Part shown: positions 8,135-17,940 of the stretch, one piece after another | Layout of the letters: every line of letters begins with the position of its first letter | Numbering within the stretch: position 1 is the stretch's first letter | Assembly: GCA_028290685.1 (NCBI GenBank) | Contig: JAQGJI010000111.1 | Span: 1-35,293, forward strand | DNA length: 35,293 nucleotides | Source: Devosia sp. | GTDB taxonomy: Bacteria > Pseudomonadota > Alphaproteobacteria > Rhizobiales > Devosiaceae | Direction: 5' to 3' | Notes under the pieces: model-generated | Database searches by the model: none | What the model was told of the DNA's origin: nothing | Seen by the model: only the letters and a program-made list of their open reading frames with translations | Made by a program: the position numbers and the translations under genes

Positions 8135-8902
8135 TCATTGTTCTGGTGGCAAAACGCCTGCCTTGGCATGGGCAGCCGCTACCATGGCGCGAACCTTGTC
8201 CGCCGCTTCTTCCAGCCGCACCGGGTCCGACGAGCGCAAGACCAGTTCGGTCATGACCCGGTCCTTGCCCATCTGGGGATAGCTACCCATCTTGACGTCT
8301 GGATATTGCGCCTGCAGCTCGCCTAATGGCCCGCCCACGGTTCCTTCCCCCACCGCGGCCCTCACCGTTACCGATTGAACCTTCTTGCCGCCCTTGAGCG
8401 TTGGCGCCAGCGCCTCCAGCATGGCCCGCATGATGATCGGCACGCCAGCCATCACATGCACATTGCCGATCCTGAAGCCGGGCGCAGCGCTCACCGAGTT
8501 GACGATCAGATCGGCGCCTTCGGGAATACGGGCCATCCGCAAGCGAGCCTCGTTCACCTCGGTGCCGGTTTCCTTCCAGCGCGACTCGAGCATGGCACGC
8601 GCTTGCGGATTGATCGGCAAGCCCACTCCGAACGCCTTTGCCACCGCATCGGCCGTGATGTCGTCGTGCGTGGGGCCGATGCCGCCTGTCGTGAACACAT
8701 AGGTGTACCGTTCGCGCAAGGCGTTCACCGCCATGACAATGTCGTCGGTTTCATCGCTGACCACCCGCACCTCCTTGAGGTCGATCCCCAGATCGGTACA
8801 AAACTCGGCAGTGGCGCCGATATTGACATCCTTGGTTCGTCCCGAAAGAATTTCGTCGCCGATGACGAGGAGGGCGGCTGTAACGCTTTCTGGGCGGGAC
8901 AT
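8135..8902 (-). CDS. Stand-alone CinA N-terminal / COG1058 molybdopterin-binding-fold protein
   Basis: IGDEILSGRTKDVN, GGIGPTHDDIT, MARIP, AGVP; no PncC domain. Confidence 0.9.
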   Translation of the reverse strand: MSRPESVTAALLVIGDEILSGRTKDVNIGATAEFCTDLGIDLKEVRVVSDETDDIVMAVNALRERYTYVFTTGGIGPTHDDITADAVAKAFGVGLPINPQARAMLESRWKETGTEVNEARLRMARIPEGADLIVNSVSAAPGFRIGNVHVMAGVPIIMRAMLEALAPTLKGGKKVQSVTVRAAVGEGTVGGPLGELQAQYPDVKMGSYPQMGKDRVMTELVLRSSDPVRLEEAADKVRAMVAAAHAKAGVLPPEQ

Positions 8903-9027
8903 ATATGGCTTCCATAGGTCTTGCTGTTTGCCAGCAATGCCTGTGTGCGATACTGCCGTCAAGCGAGCGTGTTCGCCTTCCCATATGCACGCCGAGTATC
9001 TAATTTCATCGCACCACTCCGGAGTTC

Positions 9028-9864
9028 GTGATGATCACCTTTGTCGATGCCCCCGCAAAAGCCCGCCGCACCGCCGGGGTGATTCCACTGCACGGCGCCG
9101 AGGGTTTCGAAGGCATGCGCAAGGCCGGTGCCTTGACCGCCCAGGCGCTTGATATCCTGACCGAGTTTGTCGAACCTGGTGTGCCCACCGCAACTTTGGA
9201 CAAAGTGGCCTATGAGTTCGCCCGGGATCACGGCGCCGTCCCCGCGACGATATTTTACAAAGGCTACCGGCACTCGGTCTGCACCTCCATCAACCACGTC
9301 GTATGTCATGGCATTCCCGATGTGCGCCCGCTGCGTGAAGGCGACATCGTCAATATCGACCTGACTTTGGTGGTTGATGGCTGGCACGGCGATTCCAGCC
9401 GCATGTATCCCGTGGGTGAAATCTCGCGCAAGGCCGAGCGGCTGATCGAAGTGACCTATGAGAGCCTGCAAGCGGGTATCGACGCCGCCAAGCCCGGCAA
9501 CACCACGGGCGATATCGGTGCAGCGATCCAGGCACTGGCCGAGGCCGAACGGATGAGTGTGGTCCGCGACTTCGTCGGTCATGGCCTTGGCAAGCTCTTT
9601 CACGACGAGCCCAACATCCTGCATTTCGGTACACCCGGAAGCGGTGTGCCGCTCAAGCCCGGCATGATTTTCACCATCGAACCGATGATCAATCTGGGCC
9701 GTCCCCACGTCAAAATTCTTTCCGACGGCTGGACTGCCGTGACCCGCGATCGCACGCTGTCCTCCCAATGCGAACACTCCATCGGCATCACCGAAACGGG
9801 GTGCGAGGTTTTCACCCTCTCTCCTGCCAACATCTTCAATCCGCTCGCTGCCCGAGCCGCATGA
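9028..9864 (+). CDS. map: Type I methionine aminopeptidase
   Basis: CTSINHVVCHGIP, GWHGDSSR, GHGLG..FH, FTIEPMIN, QCEH. Confidence 0.97.
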   Translation: MMITFVDAPAKARRTAGVIPLHGAEGFEGMRKAGALTAQALDILTEFVEPGVPTATLDKVAYEFARDHGAVPATIFYKGYRHSVCTSINHVVCHGIPDVRPLREGDIVNIDLTLVVDGWHGDSSRMYPVGEISRKAERLIEVTYESLQAGIDAAKPGNTTGDIGAAIQALAEAERMSVVRDFVGHGLGKLFHDEPNILHFGTPGSGVPLKPGMIFTIEPMINLGRPHVKILSDGWTAVTRDRTLSSQCEHSIGITETGCEVFTLSPANIFNPLAARAA

Positions 9865-10652
9865 TGATGGCCGACAAGCAATTCCGGGAAGCTCCCTTTG
9901 TGGTGGATGCCCCCGCCCCCGAAAGCGAGCAGCCCCCGATTGTCTACGAGGTCCCTGCGGACCAACCGTCCGTCGCTCAGTCCGATCACGCCGGCCACCG
10001 CGAACGGGTGCGTGAGAGATTCCTCAAGGTGGGCGGCGAAGCGTTCGAGGACTACGAACTCCTTGAAATGCTCCTCCACATCGTGATCCCGCAAAAGGAC
10101 ACCAAGCCGCTCGCCAAGGCATTGCTGCGCGAGTTTGGCTCGTTTTCAGGCGTGTTCTCCGCCAGCCAGTCCCGGCTTGCGGCGATCAAGGGACTGGGTC
10201 CCAAAACCGTTACTTCGCTCAAGATCATCCAGGCCACCGCCGCCCGCTTCGCACGCGATGGCATAAGCCAGGAAAAGCCGATCCTCTCCTCCTGGACACA
10301 GCTTATTGATTACTGCCGCATCCAGATGGCCTTTGAGCCCATCGAGCAGTTGCGCATCCTGTTCCTGGACAAAAAGAACCGCCTCATCGCCGACGAGGTG
10401 CAGCAGACCGGCACGGTCGACCACACACCTGTCTATCCGCGCGAGGTGATAAAGCGGGCGCTCGAACTGGGCGCCACTGCTATAATTCTGGTGCACAACC
10501 ATCCATCGGGCGACCCCTCCCCATCTTCGGCCGACGTGCGCGTGACGCGCGAGATCGCCGATGTGGCCAAGCCCCTGGGCATCACGTTGCACGACCATCT
10601 GATCGTCGGAAAATCCGGCCACGCCTCGCTGCGCAGCCTCAAGCTCCTCTAG
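9861..10652 (+). CDS. radC: RadC family JAB-domain protein
   Basis: GHRERVRERF, HhH region, YPREV, HNHPSGDPSPSSAD, LHDHLIVG. Confidence 0.95.
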   Translation: MMMADKQFREAPFVVDAPAPESEQPPIVYEVPADQPSVAQSDHAGHRERVRERFLKVGGEAFEDYELLEMLLHIVIPQKDTKPLAKALLREFGSFSGVFSASQSRLAAIKGLGPKTVTSLKIIQATAARFARDGISQEKPILSSWTQLIDYCRIQMAFEPIEQLRILFLDKKNRLIADEVQQTGTVDHTPVYPREVIKRALELGATAIILVHNHPSGDPSPSSADVRVTREIADVAKPLGITLHDHLIVGKSGHASLRSLKLL

Positions 10653-10658
10653 CGCGCG

Positions 10659-11393
10659 TCAGCCGAAGTTCGCCAGAACCGGAAAGGTTTCGAGAAACCA
10701 GTACGACAGGCGGGTGAAGTTACCGGTGAGAAACAGCACTCCGGTGACGACCAGCAAGCCGCCCATTACCCGCTCGACCGTGTGCAGATGCCGCTTGAAG
10801 CCGTGGAAAAACGCCATGAACGGCCCCACCGCAATACCGGCCAGGAAGAACGGCACGCCTAGACCCAGCGAATACAATGCCAGCAGCGACGCTCCCTCGG
10901 TCGCCGAGTTCTTGCTGGCGGCAACCGACAAAATCGCTGCCAGCACTGGGCCGATACAGGGCGTCCAGCCAATGGCGAAGGCCAATCCCAGCAAAAAGCC
11001 GCCCAGCGGTCCGCTTGCGATTCCCGGTCCCTGATGGCGGGCCTGCCGGTCCAGCAGACCGATACGGTAAACCCCGATGAAATGCAGACCCATGGCAATG
11101 ATCAGGATACCCGCAACCGGCGTCAACACGGGCAGCGCCTGCCGGAACGCCTGACCGAACGCTGTCGCGGTTGCGCCCAGCGTTATGAACACCGCGGCAA
11201 AGCCGAGAATGAAAAACAGCGACGTAAACGCCACGCGCCGCTGTAGGGCACCCGCTGTTGTGCCTTCATCGCGCAGCTGATCAAAGCTCGCTCCGCTCAT
11301 GTAAGTCAGATAAGGCGGCACCAGCGGTAGCACGCAGGGCGAGAGAAAACTCAGCACCCCTGCCCCGAACACCAATAGCAACGAGAATTCCAA
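10659..11393 (-). CDS. ccdA: Cytochrome c biogenesis protein CcdA
   Basis: [12 protein letters not shown] and WTPCIGP redox-Cys motifs. Confidence 0.93.
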   Translation of the reverse strand: MEFSLLLVFGAGVLSFLSPCVLPLVPPYLTYMSGASFDQLRDEGTTAGALQRRVAFTSLFFILGFAAVFITLGATATAFGQAFRQALPVLTPVAGILIIAMGLHFIGVYRIGLLDRQARHQGPGIASGPLGGFLLGLAFAIGWTPCIGPVLAAILSVAASKNSATEGASLLALYSLGLGVPFFLAGIAVGPFMAFFHGFKRHLHTVERVMGGLLVVTGVLFLTGNFTRLSYWFLETFPVLANFG

Positions 11394-11499
11394 GAGGCCG
11401 ACGCTCCTTTTTGCTCCGCTGTTCTAGCGCGTCACGCCCACAAAGCAACGCGCACCCTGTCGCATCATCGCTTCGTGACCCGCTTTACGCCTCGGTTCA

Positions 11500-11527
11500 C
11501 ACCATCCCCGATGTCACCCCGCCCTTG
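11500..11527 (+). repeat. Truncated 5' remnant of the palindromic element
   Basis: caccatccccgatgtcaccccgcccttg vs caccaccccgatgtcatcccgggccttg at 6602..6629. Confidence 0.4.
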
Positions 11528-11575
11528 TCTCCACCTGCCTGCAGAGTTAAGGCTGCACCAGCCATCACCGAGGTT

Positions 11576-12259
11576 ATGATGACCAGCCGCCCCATCCGCA
11601 TCGCCCCCTCGATTCTTTCCGCTGACTTTTCCCGTCTCGGCGACGAGATCACCGCCATCGATGCGGCCGGGGCCGACTATATCCATGTGGACGTCATGGA
11701 CGGCCACTTCGTGCCCAATATCAGCTTCGGCCCGCTGGTCATGGCCTCGGTGCGCAAGTTCACCACAAAGCCGTTCGATGTGCACCTGATGATCGCTCCT
11801 GTCGATCGGTACATCTCGGCCTTTGCCAAGGCGGGTGCCGATATCATCACCGTCCACGCCGAAGCCGGTCCGCACCTGCACCGCACCCTTCAGGCAATTC
11901 GCGCCGAAGGCAAGAAAGTCGGCGTTGCCCTCAACCCGGCAACCCCGGTATCGGTGCTCGAAGACGTCATCGGCGACATCGACCTGCTGCTGGTGATGTC
12001 GGTCAATCCGGGTTTTGGTGGCCAGGGCTTCATCCCCCGCACTCTCGCCAAGCTGCGCCAGGCTGCTGCGCTGATTGGCAGTCGTCCCATCGACCTTGAA
12101 GTGGATGGCGGCGTTACCGCGGAAAACGCGCGCGACATCGCCGCTGCCGGAGCCAATGTGTTGGTCGCGGGCTCATCCGTTTACGGCGGCAACGACCCCG
12201 CCACCTATGCCGGCCGCATCAACGCCATTCGCACCGCCGCGAGCACCCGCTTCGCTTGA
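11576..12259 (+). CDS. rpe: Ribulose-phosphate 3-epimerase
   Basis: [37 protein letters not shown]. Confidence 0.97.
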   Translation: MMTSRPIRIAPSILSADFSRLGDEITAIDAAGADYIHVDVMDGHFVPNISFGPLVMASVRKFTTKPFDVHLMIAPVDRYISAFAKAGADIITVHAEAGPHLHRTLQAIRAEGKKVGVALNPATPVSVLEDVIGDIDLLLVMSVNPGFGGQGFIPRTLAKLRQAAALIGSRPIDLEVDGGVTAENARDIAAAGANVLVAGSSVYGGNDPATYAGRINAIRTAASTRFA

Positions 12260-12289
12260 ATCGACTAGTTAACTGGAAAGCCTAAATCT

Positions 12290-13627
12290 ATGATTCCGCG
12301 CTACTCTCGCCCTGAAATGGTTTCCATCTGGTCGGCCGAGACCCGCTTCGCCATCTGGTTCGAAATCGAGGCACACGCCACGACGAGGCTGGCCGAACTC
12401 GGCGTCGTCCCCAGGGAAGCCGCCCAGAACATCTGGGACGTGATGAACAGGCGCAAGGCTGAACACGGCAGCTACGCTTTCGATGTGGCGCGCATCGACG
12501 AGATCGAGCGCACCACCAAGCATGACGTTATTGCCTTCCTGACGCACCTGTCAGAGATCGTGGGCCCCGATGCCCGCTTCGTGCACCAGGGCATGACCTC
12601 GTCCGACATTTTGGACACCACGCTGTCAGTGCAACTCGCCCGCGCCGCCGATCTGCTGATCGCAGACACCGATGCTCTGCTCGAAGCCCTCAAGCGCCGC
12701 GCCTACGAACACAAGGACACCATCCCCATCGGCCGCTCGCATGGCCTCCATGCCGAGCCGACCACCTTTGGCGTCAAGCTCGCCGAAGCCCATGCCGAAT
12801 TTACCCGCAACCGGGCGCGCCTCGCCGCCGCACGGGCGGAAATCGCCACCGCTGCCATCTCTGGCGCCATCGGCTCGTTCGCCAATATCGATCCGCAGGT
12901 CGAGGAATACGTCGCCGAAAAGCTCGGCCTCGCCATCGAGCCGGTTTCCACCCAGGTGATCCCGCGTGACCGCCACGCCATGTTCTTCGCCACGCTGGGC
13001 GTTGTCGCCTCGTCCATCGAGCGCGTCGCCGTCGAAATCCGCCACCTGCAGCGCACCGAGGTCCTTGAGGCGGAGGAGTTCTTCTCGCCCGGCCAGAAGG
13101 GCAGCTCGGCCATGCCGCACAAGCGCAATCCGGTGCTGACTGAAAATCTCACCGGCCTGGCTCGCCTCGTGCGCGGCATGGTTGTTCCGGCCTTGGAAAA
13201 CGTTGCGCTTTGGCACGAGCGGGACATTTCCCACTCGTCGGTCGAACGCATGATCGGGCCCGACGCCACCATCACCCTCGACTTCGCCCTAGCCCGCCTC
13301 ACCGGCGTCATCGACAAGCTCGTGGTCTACCCCCAAAACATGCGCCGCAATCTGGACCTGCTTGGTGGCCTGCATAATTCCCAGCGCGTACTGCTGGCGC
13401 TGACCCAGGCGGGGTATTCCCGCGAGGACAGCTACGCCGCCGTTCAGCGCAACGCCATGAAGGTGTGGGAAATGCAGGGCGACCGTGCCGGCCAGTTTGC
13501 CGCCAACCTCAAGGCCGATCCTCTGGTCACCCTGTCCGATGAGCAGATCGACGCCATGTTCGACGACGCTTACCACCTCAAGCACGTTGATACCATTTTT
13601 GCCCGGGTCTTTGGGAACGCGGCATGA
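12290..13627 (+). CDS. purB: Adenylosuccinate lyase
   Basis: MIPRYS, HDVIAF, MTSSD, GRSHG, SSAMPHKRNP signature. Confidence 0.98.
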   Translation: MIPRYSRPEMVSIWSAETRFAIWFEIEAHATTRLAELGVVPREAAQNIWDVMNRRKAEHGSYAFDVARIDEIERTTKHDVIAFLTHLSEIVGPDARFVHQGMTSSDILDTTLSVQLARAADLLIADTDALLEALKRRAYEHKDTIPIGRSHGLHAEPTTFGVKLAEAHAEFTRNRARLAAARAEIATAAISGAIGSFANIDPQVEEYVAEKLGLAIEPVSTQVIPRDRHAMFFATLGVVASSIERVAVEIRHLQRTEVLEAEEFFSPGQKGSSAMPHKRNPVLTENLTGLARLVRGMVVPALENVALWHERDISHSSVERMIGPDATITLDFALARLTGVIDKLVVYPQNMRRNLDLLGGLHNSQRVLLALTQAGYSREDSYAAVQRNAMKVWEMQGDRAGQFAANLKADPLVTLSDEQIDAMFDDAYHLKHVDTIFARVFGNAA

Positions 13628-14178
13628 AACTGGCGGAATGCGACATTCTGATCCTGCCCGGGCTGGGGGGATTACGTCCGGGCCATTGGCAGGTTCGTTG
13701 GGCCGAGCGGATGAGCAACGCCGCCATTGTCGAGCAGGCGGACTGGCTGGAACCGGATCTGGACGATTGGGCCGCCACCATCGAGCAGGCGGCCCGGCTG
13801 ACCAGCCGGCCTGCCGTGCTGGTCGCCCACTCGCTCTCTATCATCGCTGTAGCGCACGCCGGTGCTCGCCTGCCCGCCAATGTGCGGGGCGCTTTCCTGG
13901 TTGCGCCGCTCGATACCGAACTGAGCCCGGCCGCGCCCGAGGAAACCCACGGCTTCCGTCCTATCCCGCGCCATCCGCTACCGTTTCCATCCATGCTGGT
14001 GGCTTCAAGCAACGACCCGCTCTGCACCCTGGAGCGCGCGGTTGAATTTGCCACCTGCTGGGGGTCCGATTTTCACCAGGCCGGGGATGCGGGACACATC
14101 GACACCCAGTCCGGCCACGGCCCCTGGCCCGAGGGACTGCTGATGTTTACCCGGCTGATGCAGCGGCTCACTGCATAA
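13624..14178 (+). CDS. RBBP9/YdeN family alpha/beta hydrolase
   Basis: LPGL...HWQ..W, VAHSL nucleophile, SSNDP, AGHI, GPWPEG. Confidence 0.9.
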   Translation: MKLAECDILILPGLGGLRPGHWQVRWAERMSNAAIVEQADWLEPDLDDWAATIEQAARLTSRPAVLVAHSLSIIAVAHAGARLPANVRGAFLVAPLDTELSPAAPEETHGFRPIPRHPLPFPSMLVASSNDPLCTLERAVEFATCWGSDFHQAGDAGHIDTQSGHGPWPEGLLMFTRLMQRLTA

Positions 14179-14204
14179 AAAAAAGCGCCGGTCCAAACCG
14201 GCGC
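14177..14204 (-). terminator. Intrinsic terminator (U-tract on minus strand)
   Basis: A8-gcgccggt-ccaa-accggcgc between convergent genes. Confidence 0.75.
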
Positions 14205-14229
14205 CTTGCTCAATCGGTCAAGCCAGGGC

Positions 14230-14553
14230 TCAGCCCTCGGCGGCAATCTGCTCATTTGCTGTCAGCTTCAGTTGCTGCATTTTCTGGCGAACCTGCTCAT
14301 CACTGATGTTCAAGCCCTTGGCCTTGAGATCGCTCGAAACCTTGCGGAACACGTCCTCGTCACCGGCTTCCTCGAAATCGGCTGCAACGACTTCTGCCGC
14401 ATAGGCCTTGGCGTCTTCGCCGGTCAGGCTCATCAGTTCGGCGGCCCAGATGCCCATCAGCTTGTTGCGGCGCGCCTCGGCCTTGAACTTCTTTTCAGCA
14501 TCAAAGGCAAACTTTGCCTCCTGGCCCTTCTGGCGATCCTCGAACTGGCTCAT
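14230..14553 (-). CDS. DUF1476 protein = F1Fo-ATPase inhibitor zeta subunit
   Basis: [39 protein letters not shown]. Confidence 0.9.
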   Translation of the reverse strand: MSQFEDRQKGQEAKFAFDAEKKFKAEARRNKLMGIWAAELMSLTGEDAKAYAAEVVAADFEEAGDEDVFRKVSSDLKAKGLNISDEQVRQKMQQLKLTANEQIAAEG

Positions 14554-14591
14554 GCAACTCTCCCCGCTGTGCGTTTGTAGTGTTCAAGACC

Positions 14592-14620
14592 ACATAGGCG
14601 GTTCACCATGCCAAATCAAC
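14592..14620 (-). promoter_or_regulatory. Putative sigma70/RpoH-type promoter for zeta gene
   Basis: GTTGAT-N17-CTATGT, close to alphaproteobacterial CTTGAC-N17-CTATAT. Confidence 0.5.
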
Positions 14621-14758
14621 GTTCCCGCTTCGCCTGCGACTTTATGGATTGGGTGCGCGGCCCTGTTAACAGGCCGGAGTCGAAAGAGCTTGCCTTTTCG
14701 CCCCGTTCTGGCGCATGAAGCGGCCAAATCTCCCTCCTCCTATCAGTCCGGATTCCCA

Positions 14759-15523
14759 ATGAACCGTCGACGTAAAATTTACGAGGGCAAGGCCAAGATC
14801 CTTTTTGAAGGTCCTGAGCCGGGCACTCTGGTTCAGTATTTCAAGGACGACACCACTGCCGGTGACGGCACTCGCCACGAAATCATCGACGGCAAGGGCG
14901 TGCTGAACAACCGCATCTCCGAGTTCGTTTTCACCAAGCTCAACGGGCTGGGCATCCCGACTCACTTCATCCGCCGCATCAACATGCGCGAGCAGTTGAT
15001 CAAGGAAGTGGAGATCATTCCGCTCGAGATCATCGTGCGCAATTTTGCCGCTGGCTCGCTGGTCAAGCGTTTGGGCCTTGAGCCAGGCACGCAATTGCCC
15101 CGCTCCCTCATCGAGTTCTGCTACAAGGACGATGCCCTGCATGACCCCATGGTCAGCGAGGAGCACATCACCGCCTTTGGTTGGGCTACCCCTGCCGAAC
15201 TCGACGACATCATGAGTCTGGCGATCCGCGTCAACGACTTCCTGACCGGCCTGTTCATGGGTGTCGGCATTCAGCTCGTTGATTTCAAGATCGAGTGCGG
15301 CCGGCTCTATGAAGGCGATCTGATGCGGATCGTTCTCGCGGACGAAATCTCTCCTGACAGTTGCCGGTTATGGGACGTCAAGACCCGTACCAAGATGGAC
15401 AAGGATCGTTTTCGCGAAAATCTGGGCGGCTTGATCGAGAATTACCGTGAGGTTGCTCAACGGCTCGGTATTCTCGTGGAAACCGAGAATGCGCTCACCA
15501 CCGGCCCCCGCCTTGTCCAATAA
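14759..15523 (+). CDS. purC: SAICAR synthetase
   Basis: IYEGKAK, GKGVLNN, IPLE...[26 protein letters not shown]. Confidence 0.97.
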   Translation: MNRRRKIYEGKAKILFEGPEPGTLVQYFKDDTTAGDGTRHEIIDGKGVLNNRISEFVFTKLNGLGIPTHFIRRINMREQLIKEVEIIPLEIIVRNFAAGSLVKRLGLEPGTQLPRSLIEFCYKDDALHDPMVSEEHITAFGWATPAELDDIMSLAIRVNDFLTGLFMGVGIQLVDFKIECGRLYEGDLMRIVLADEISPDSCRLWDVKTRTKMDKDRFRENLGGLIENYREVAQRLGILVETENALTTGPRLVQ

Positions 15524-15542
15524 GCATTCAGCGGAGCTGCAG

Positions 15543-15785
15543 ATGAAGGCGCGCGTTACTGTAACCCTCAAGGCCGGCGTGCTTGATCCTCAGGGACAAG
15601 CAATCGAAGGTTCGCTCAAGGGCCTTGGTTTTCCCCAGGTGGCCAGTGTTCGTCAGGGTAAGGTTTTCGATATCGTTGTTGATGGAACCGACGAGGAATC
15701 TGCTCGTTCACACCTCACCAGCATGTGCGAAAAGCTGCTGGCGAATACCGTGATTGAAAACTACGCGATCGAAATCGCAAATTAA
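15543..15785 (+). CDS. purS: FGAM synthase subunit PurS
   Basis: VLDPQG.AI, VRQGK, LLANTVIENY. Confidence 0.96.
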   Translation: MKARVTVTLKAGVLDPQGQAIEGSLKGLGFPQVASVRQGKVFDIVVDGTDEESARSHLTSMCEKLLANTVIENYAIEIAN

Positions 15786-15840
15786 CATCTGCCGACCATA
15801 ACTAATTTCGCGCCAGTAAGCGGCGCAGGACCATACCGCC

Positions 15841-15924
15841 ATGCTCAAGACCGTATCACTTTCCGTCATGTTCTTTGCCACCCTGGGCCTGCTTTTCGCG
15901 GCTTATGCGTCTGTGCCGGTCTGA
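15841..15924 (+). CDS. Putative 27-aa single-pass membrane peptide
   Basis: ATG..TGA gives MLKTVSLSVMFFATLGLLFAAYASVPV; AGGA upstream; below the ORF-track size cutoff. Confidence 0.5.
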   Translation: MLKTVSLSVMFFATLGLLFAAYASVPV

Positions 15925-16102
15925 AACCGGCCGGCCTGGCTTTCGGCGCGGCCAATGGCGCCTGAGGGCCTTTGGCCCTGAACTGTTCTATTTTGGCGAA
16001 AAGCTTACCAGTTAAGTATTTGTCTTAAGCGTACGGGCAAGTTGTTGTCTGCTGCGCAACCACATACCGCTATTGTTGCCCACAACTGGCGGAGCGTGGC
16101 AC

Positions 16103-17176
16103 ATGGTGGTCAATACACGACGGCTCGACTGGGTGGACATGGCCAAGGGCCTTTCCATCTTCCTTGTGGTGATGATGTACGCTGCATCCAGTGTCGGCGA
16201 AGACACTGGCGGTGTCGGTGCCCTGCACTGGGTCATTGCGTTTGCCACTCCATTCCGCATGCCGGAATTTTTTCTCATATCCGGACTGTTTCTGGCGCAG
16301 GTGATTGATCGGCCATGGCGCGCTTTCGCCGATCGGCGCCTGGTGCATTACCTGTACTTCTACGGGCTCTGGGCGCTGATCCACATCATCTTCAAAGTGG
16401 GTCTGGTGTCGACCAATCCCGTGGGCGCCGCCGAACAGATCGTCTGGGCTGTTATCCAGCCCTATGGCGTTCTGTGGTTCATCTACCTGCTGGCTGCGGT
16501 CAGCGCCGCCACCAAACTGCTGCACGACCTGAAAGCGCCCGTCTGGGCGGTATTTGGCGCAGGCGCCCTTCTGCAGATGTCGGCCGTGAGCACCGGCAGC
16601 TACCTGGTCGATCAATTCTGCGCTTACTTCATCTTCTTTTATGCCGGCTATATCCTTGCCCCGCTCCTGTTCCGGCTGGCTGACTGGGCCCAGTATCATG
16701 TCCCCCTGGCGCTGCTCGGCTTGCTGGCGTGGGCTGGCATCAACGCAGCGCTGGTGTTCTCGCCCGGGTTTGCCATGCACCCGGTTCACCCGGTCATGGG
16801 CCTGGCAGGTCTGCCCGGCGTTTACCTGCTCCTGGCCCTTGTGGGTGCGGCGGCCCTTTGCGTTATTGCCGCCCTGCTCACCCGGCTTGCGTTCATGAAT
16901 TGGCTGCGCTGGCTGGGCGCCCGATCCCTCATCATCTACGTCGCTTTTGTTCTGCCGATGGGCGTCGCCCGGACCGTGCTGATCAAGTTGGGCTTCGATG
17001 AGCCAACGCTGCTCACGCTGGCGACGATGGCGGTCGCCATCATTGCGCCGCTGATTCTTTACTGGCTGGTGCACCGTCTCAACCTTGGTCACTTCCTGTT
17101 CGAGCGTCCGGCCTGGGCATACCTGCCGGGCACCAGGGGCACCCGGCAGGCCGCTGCTGCAGTTCCGGCCGAGTAA
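16103..17176 (+). CDS. Acyltransferase-3 family membrane protein
   Basis: RLDWVDMAKGLSIFLVV, FRMPEFFLISG, LWFIYLL, LGARSL.IY; multiple TM segments. Confidence 0.9.
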   Translation: MVVNTRRLDWVDMAKGLSIFLVVMMYAASSVGEDTGGVGALHWVIAFATPFRMPEFFLISGLFLAQVIDRPWRAFADRRLVHYLYFYGLWALIHIIFKVGLVSTNPVGAAEQIVWAVIQPYGVLWFIYLLAAVSAATKLLHDLKAPVWAVFGAGALLQMSAVSTGSYLVDQFCAYFIFFYAGYILAPLLFRLADWAQYHVPLALLGLLAWAGINAALVFSPGFAMHPVHPVMGLAGLPGVYLLLALVGAAALCVIAALLTRLAFMNWLRWLGARSLIIYVAFVLPMGVARTVLIKLGFDEPTLLTLATMAVAIIAPLILYWLVHRLNLGHFLFERPAWAYLPGTRGTRQAAAAVPAE

Positions 17177-17271
17177 GGTCCTCTTCAGGGAACCCATAAA
17201 GAGTCCCTTGCCTTTTTTCTCCAGACCCACCAAAAGGTCCTCGCAATCCCCCACATAGCGAGGACCAGCCG

Positions 17272-17940
17272 ATGAAATCCGCTGTCATCGTCTTCCCCGG
17301 ACTTAATCGCGACCGCGACATGATCGCGGCATTGACCAAAGTTTCCGGCACCACTCCCGCCATCGTCTGGCATCAGGACACCGAACTGCCCCAGGTCGAC
17401 CTGATTGTTATCCCCGGCGGCTTCTCCTACGGCGACTATCTGCGCTGCGGCGCCATTGCCGCCCGGTCCCCGATCATGGACCGGTTGCGTGAGCGCGCCG
17501 AACAAGGCGTCAAGGTTCTGGGCGTCTGCAACGGGTTCCAGATCCTGCTCGAAGCGGGCCTGCTCCCAGGCGCACTGATGCGCAATCAGTCGCTCAAATT
17601 CGTGTGCCGCGAAGTCAAGCTCGAAGTGTGCAACGCCGACACCGCCTTCACGCGGGGCTACTCGCAAGGGCAGATCATCCGCTGCCCTGTCGCGCATCAT
17701 GATGGCAACTATTTCGCCGACAGTGAGACCCTTGAGCGAATGGAAGGTGATGGACTGATCGCCTTCCGCTACGCCCAGGGCACTAACCCCAATGGCTCCC
17801 TGAACAATATTGCCGGCATTCTCAACGCGCGCAAAAATGTCCTGGGCCTCATGCCACATCCGGAAAATCTGATCGAAGCCGCTCATGGCGGCGATGATGG
17901 AAGGGCCTTGTTCTCCGGGCTTCTAGGCCAGGCTGCCTGA
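17272..17940 (+). CDS. purQ: FGAM synthase glutaminase subunit
   Basis: [30 protein letters not shown]. Confidence 0.97.
   Translation: MKSAVIVFPGLNRDRDMIAALTKVSGTTPAIVWHQDTELPQVDLIVIPGGFSYGDYLRCGAIAARSPIMDRLRERAEQGVKVLGVCNGFQILLEAGLLPGALMRNQSLKFVCREVKLEVCNADTAFTRGYSQGQIIRCPVAHHDGNYFADSETLERMEGDGLIAFRYAQGTNPNGSLNNIAGILNARKNVLGLMPHPENLIEAAHGGDDGRALFSGLLGQAA

Noticed and set aside
9861-10652. RadC as a mobile-element or anti-defence JAB protein
   Set aside because: Full-length chromosomal type with HhH region, coupled to map; no mobile context.
16012-16029. CtrA box upstream of the acyltransferase
   Set aside because: TTAA half-sites are 9 nt apart, not the required 7.
17105-17119. Resemblance to the ZTP riboswitch 3' hairpin (GCCTGGGCA) upstream of purQ
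   Set aside because: Lies inside the acyltransferase coding sequence (ERPAWA), and the 5' aptamer domain is absent.
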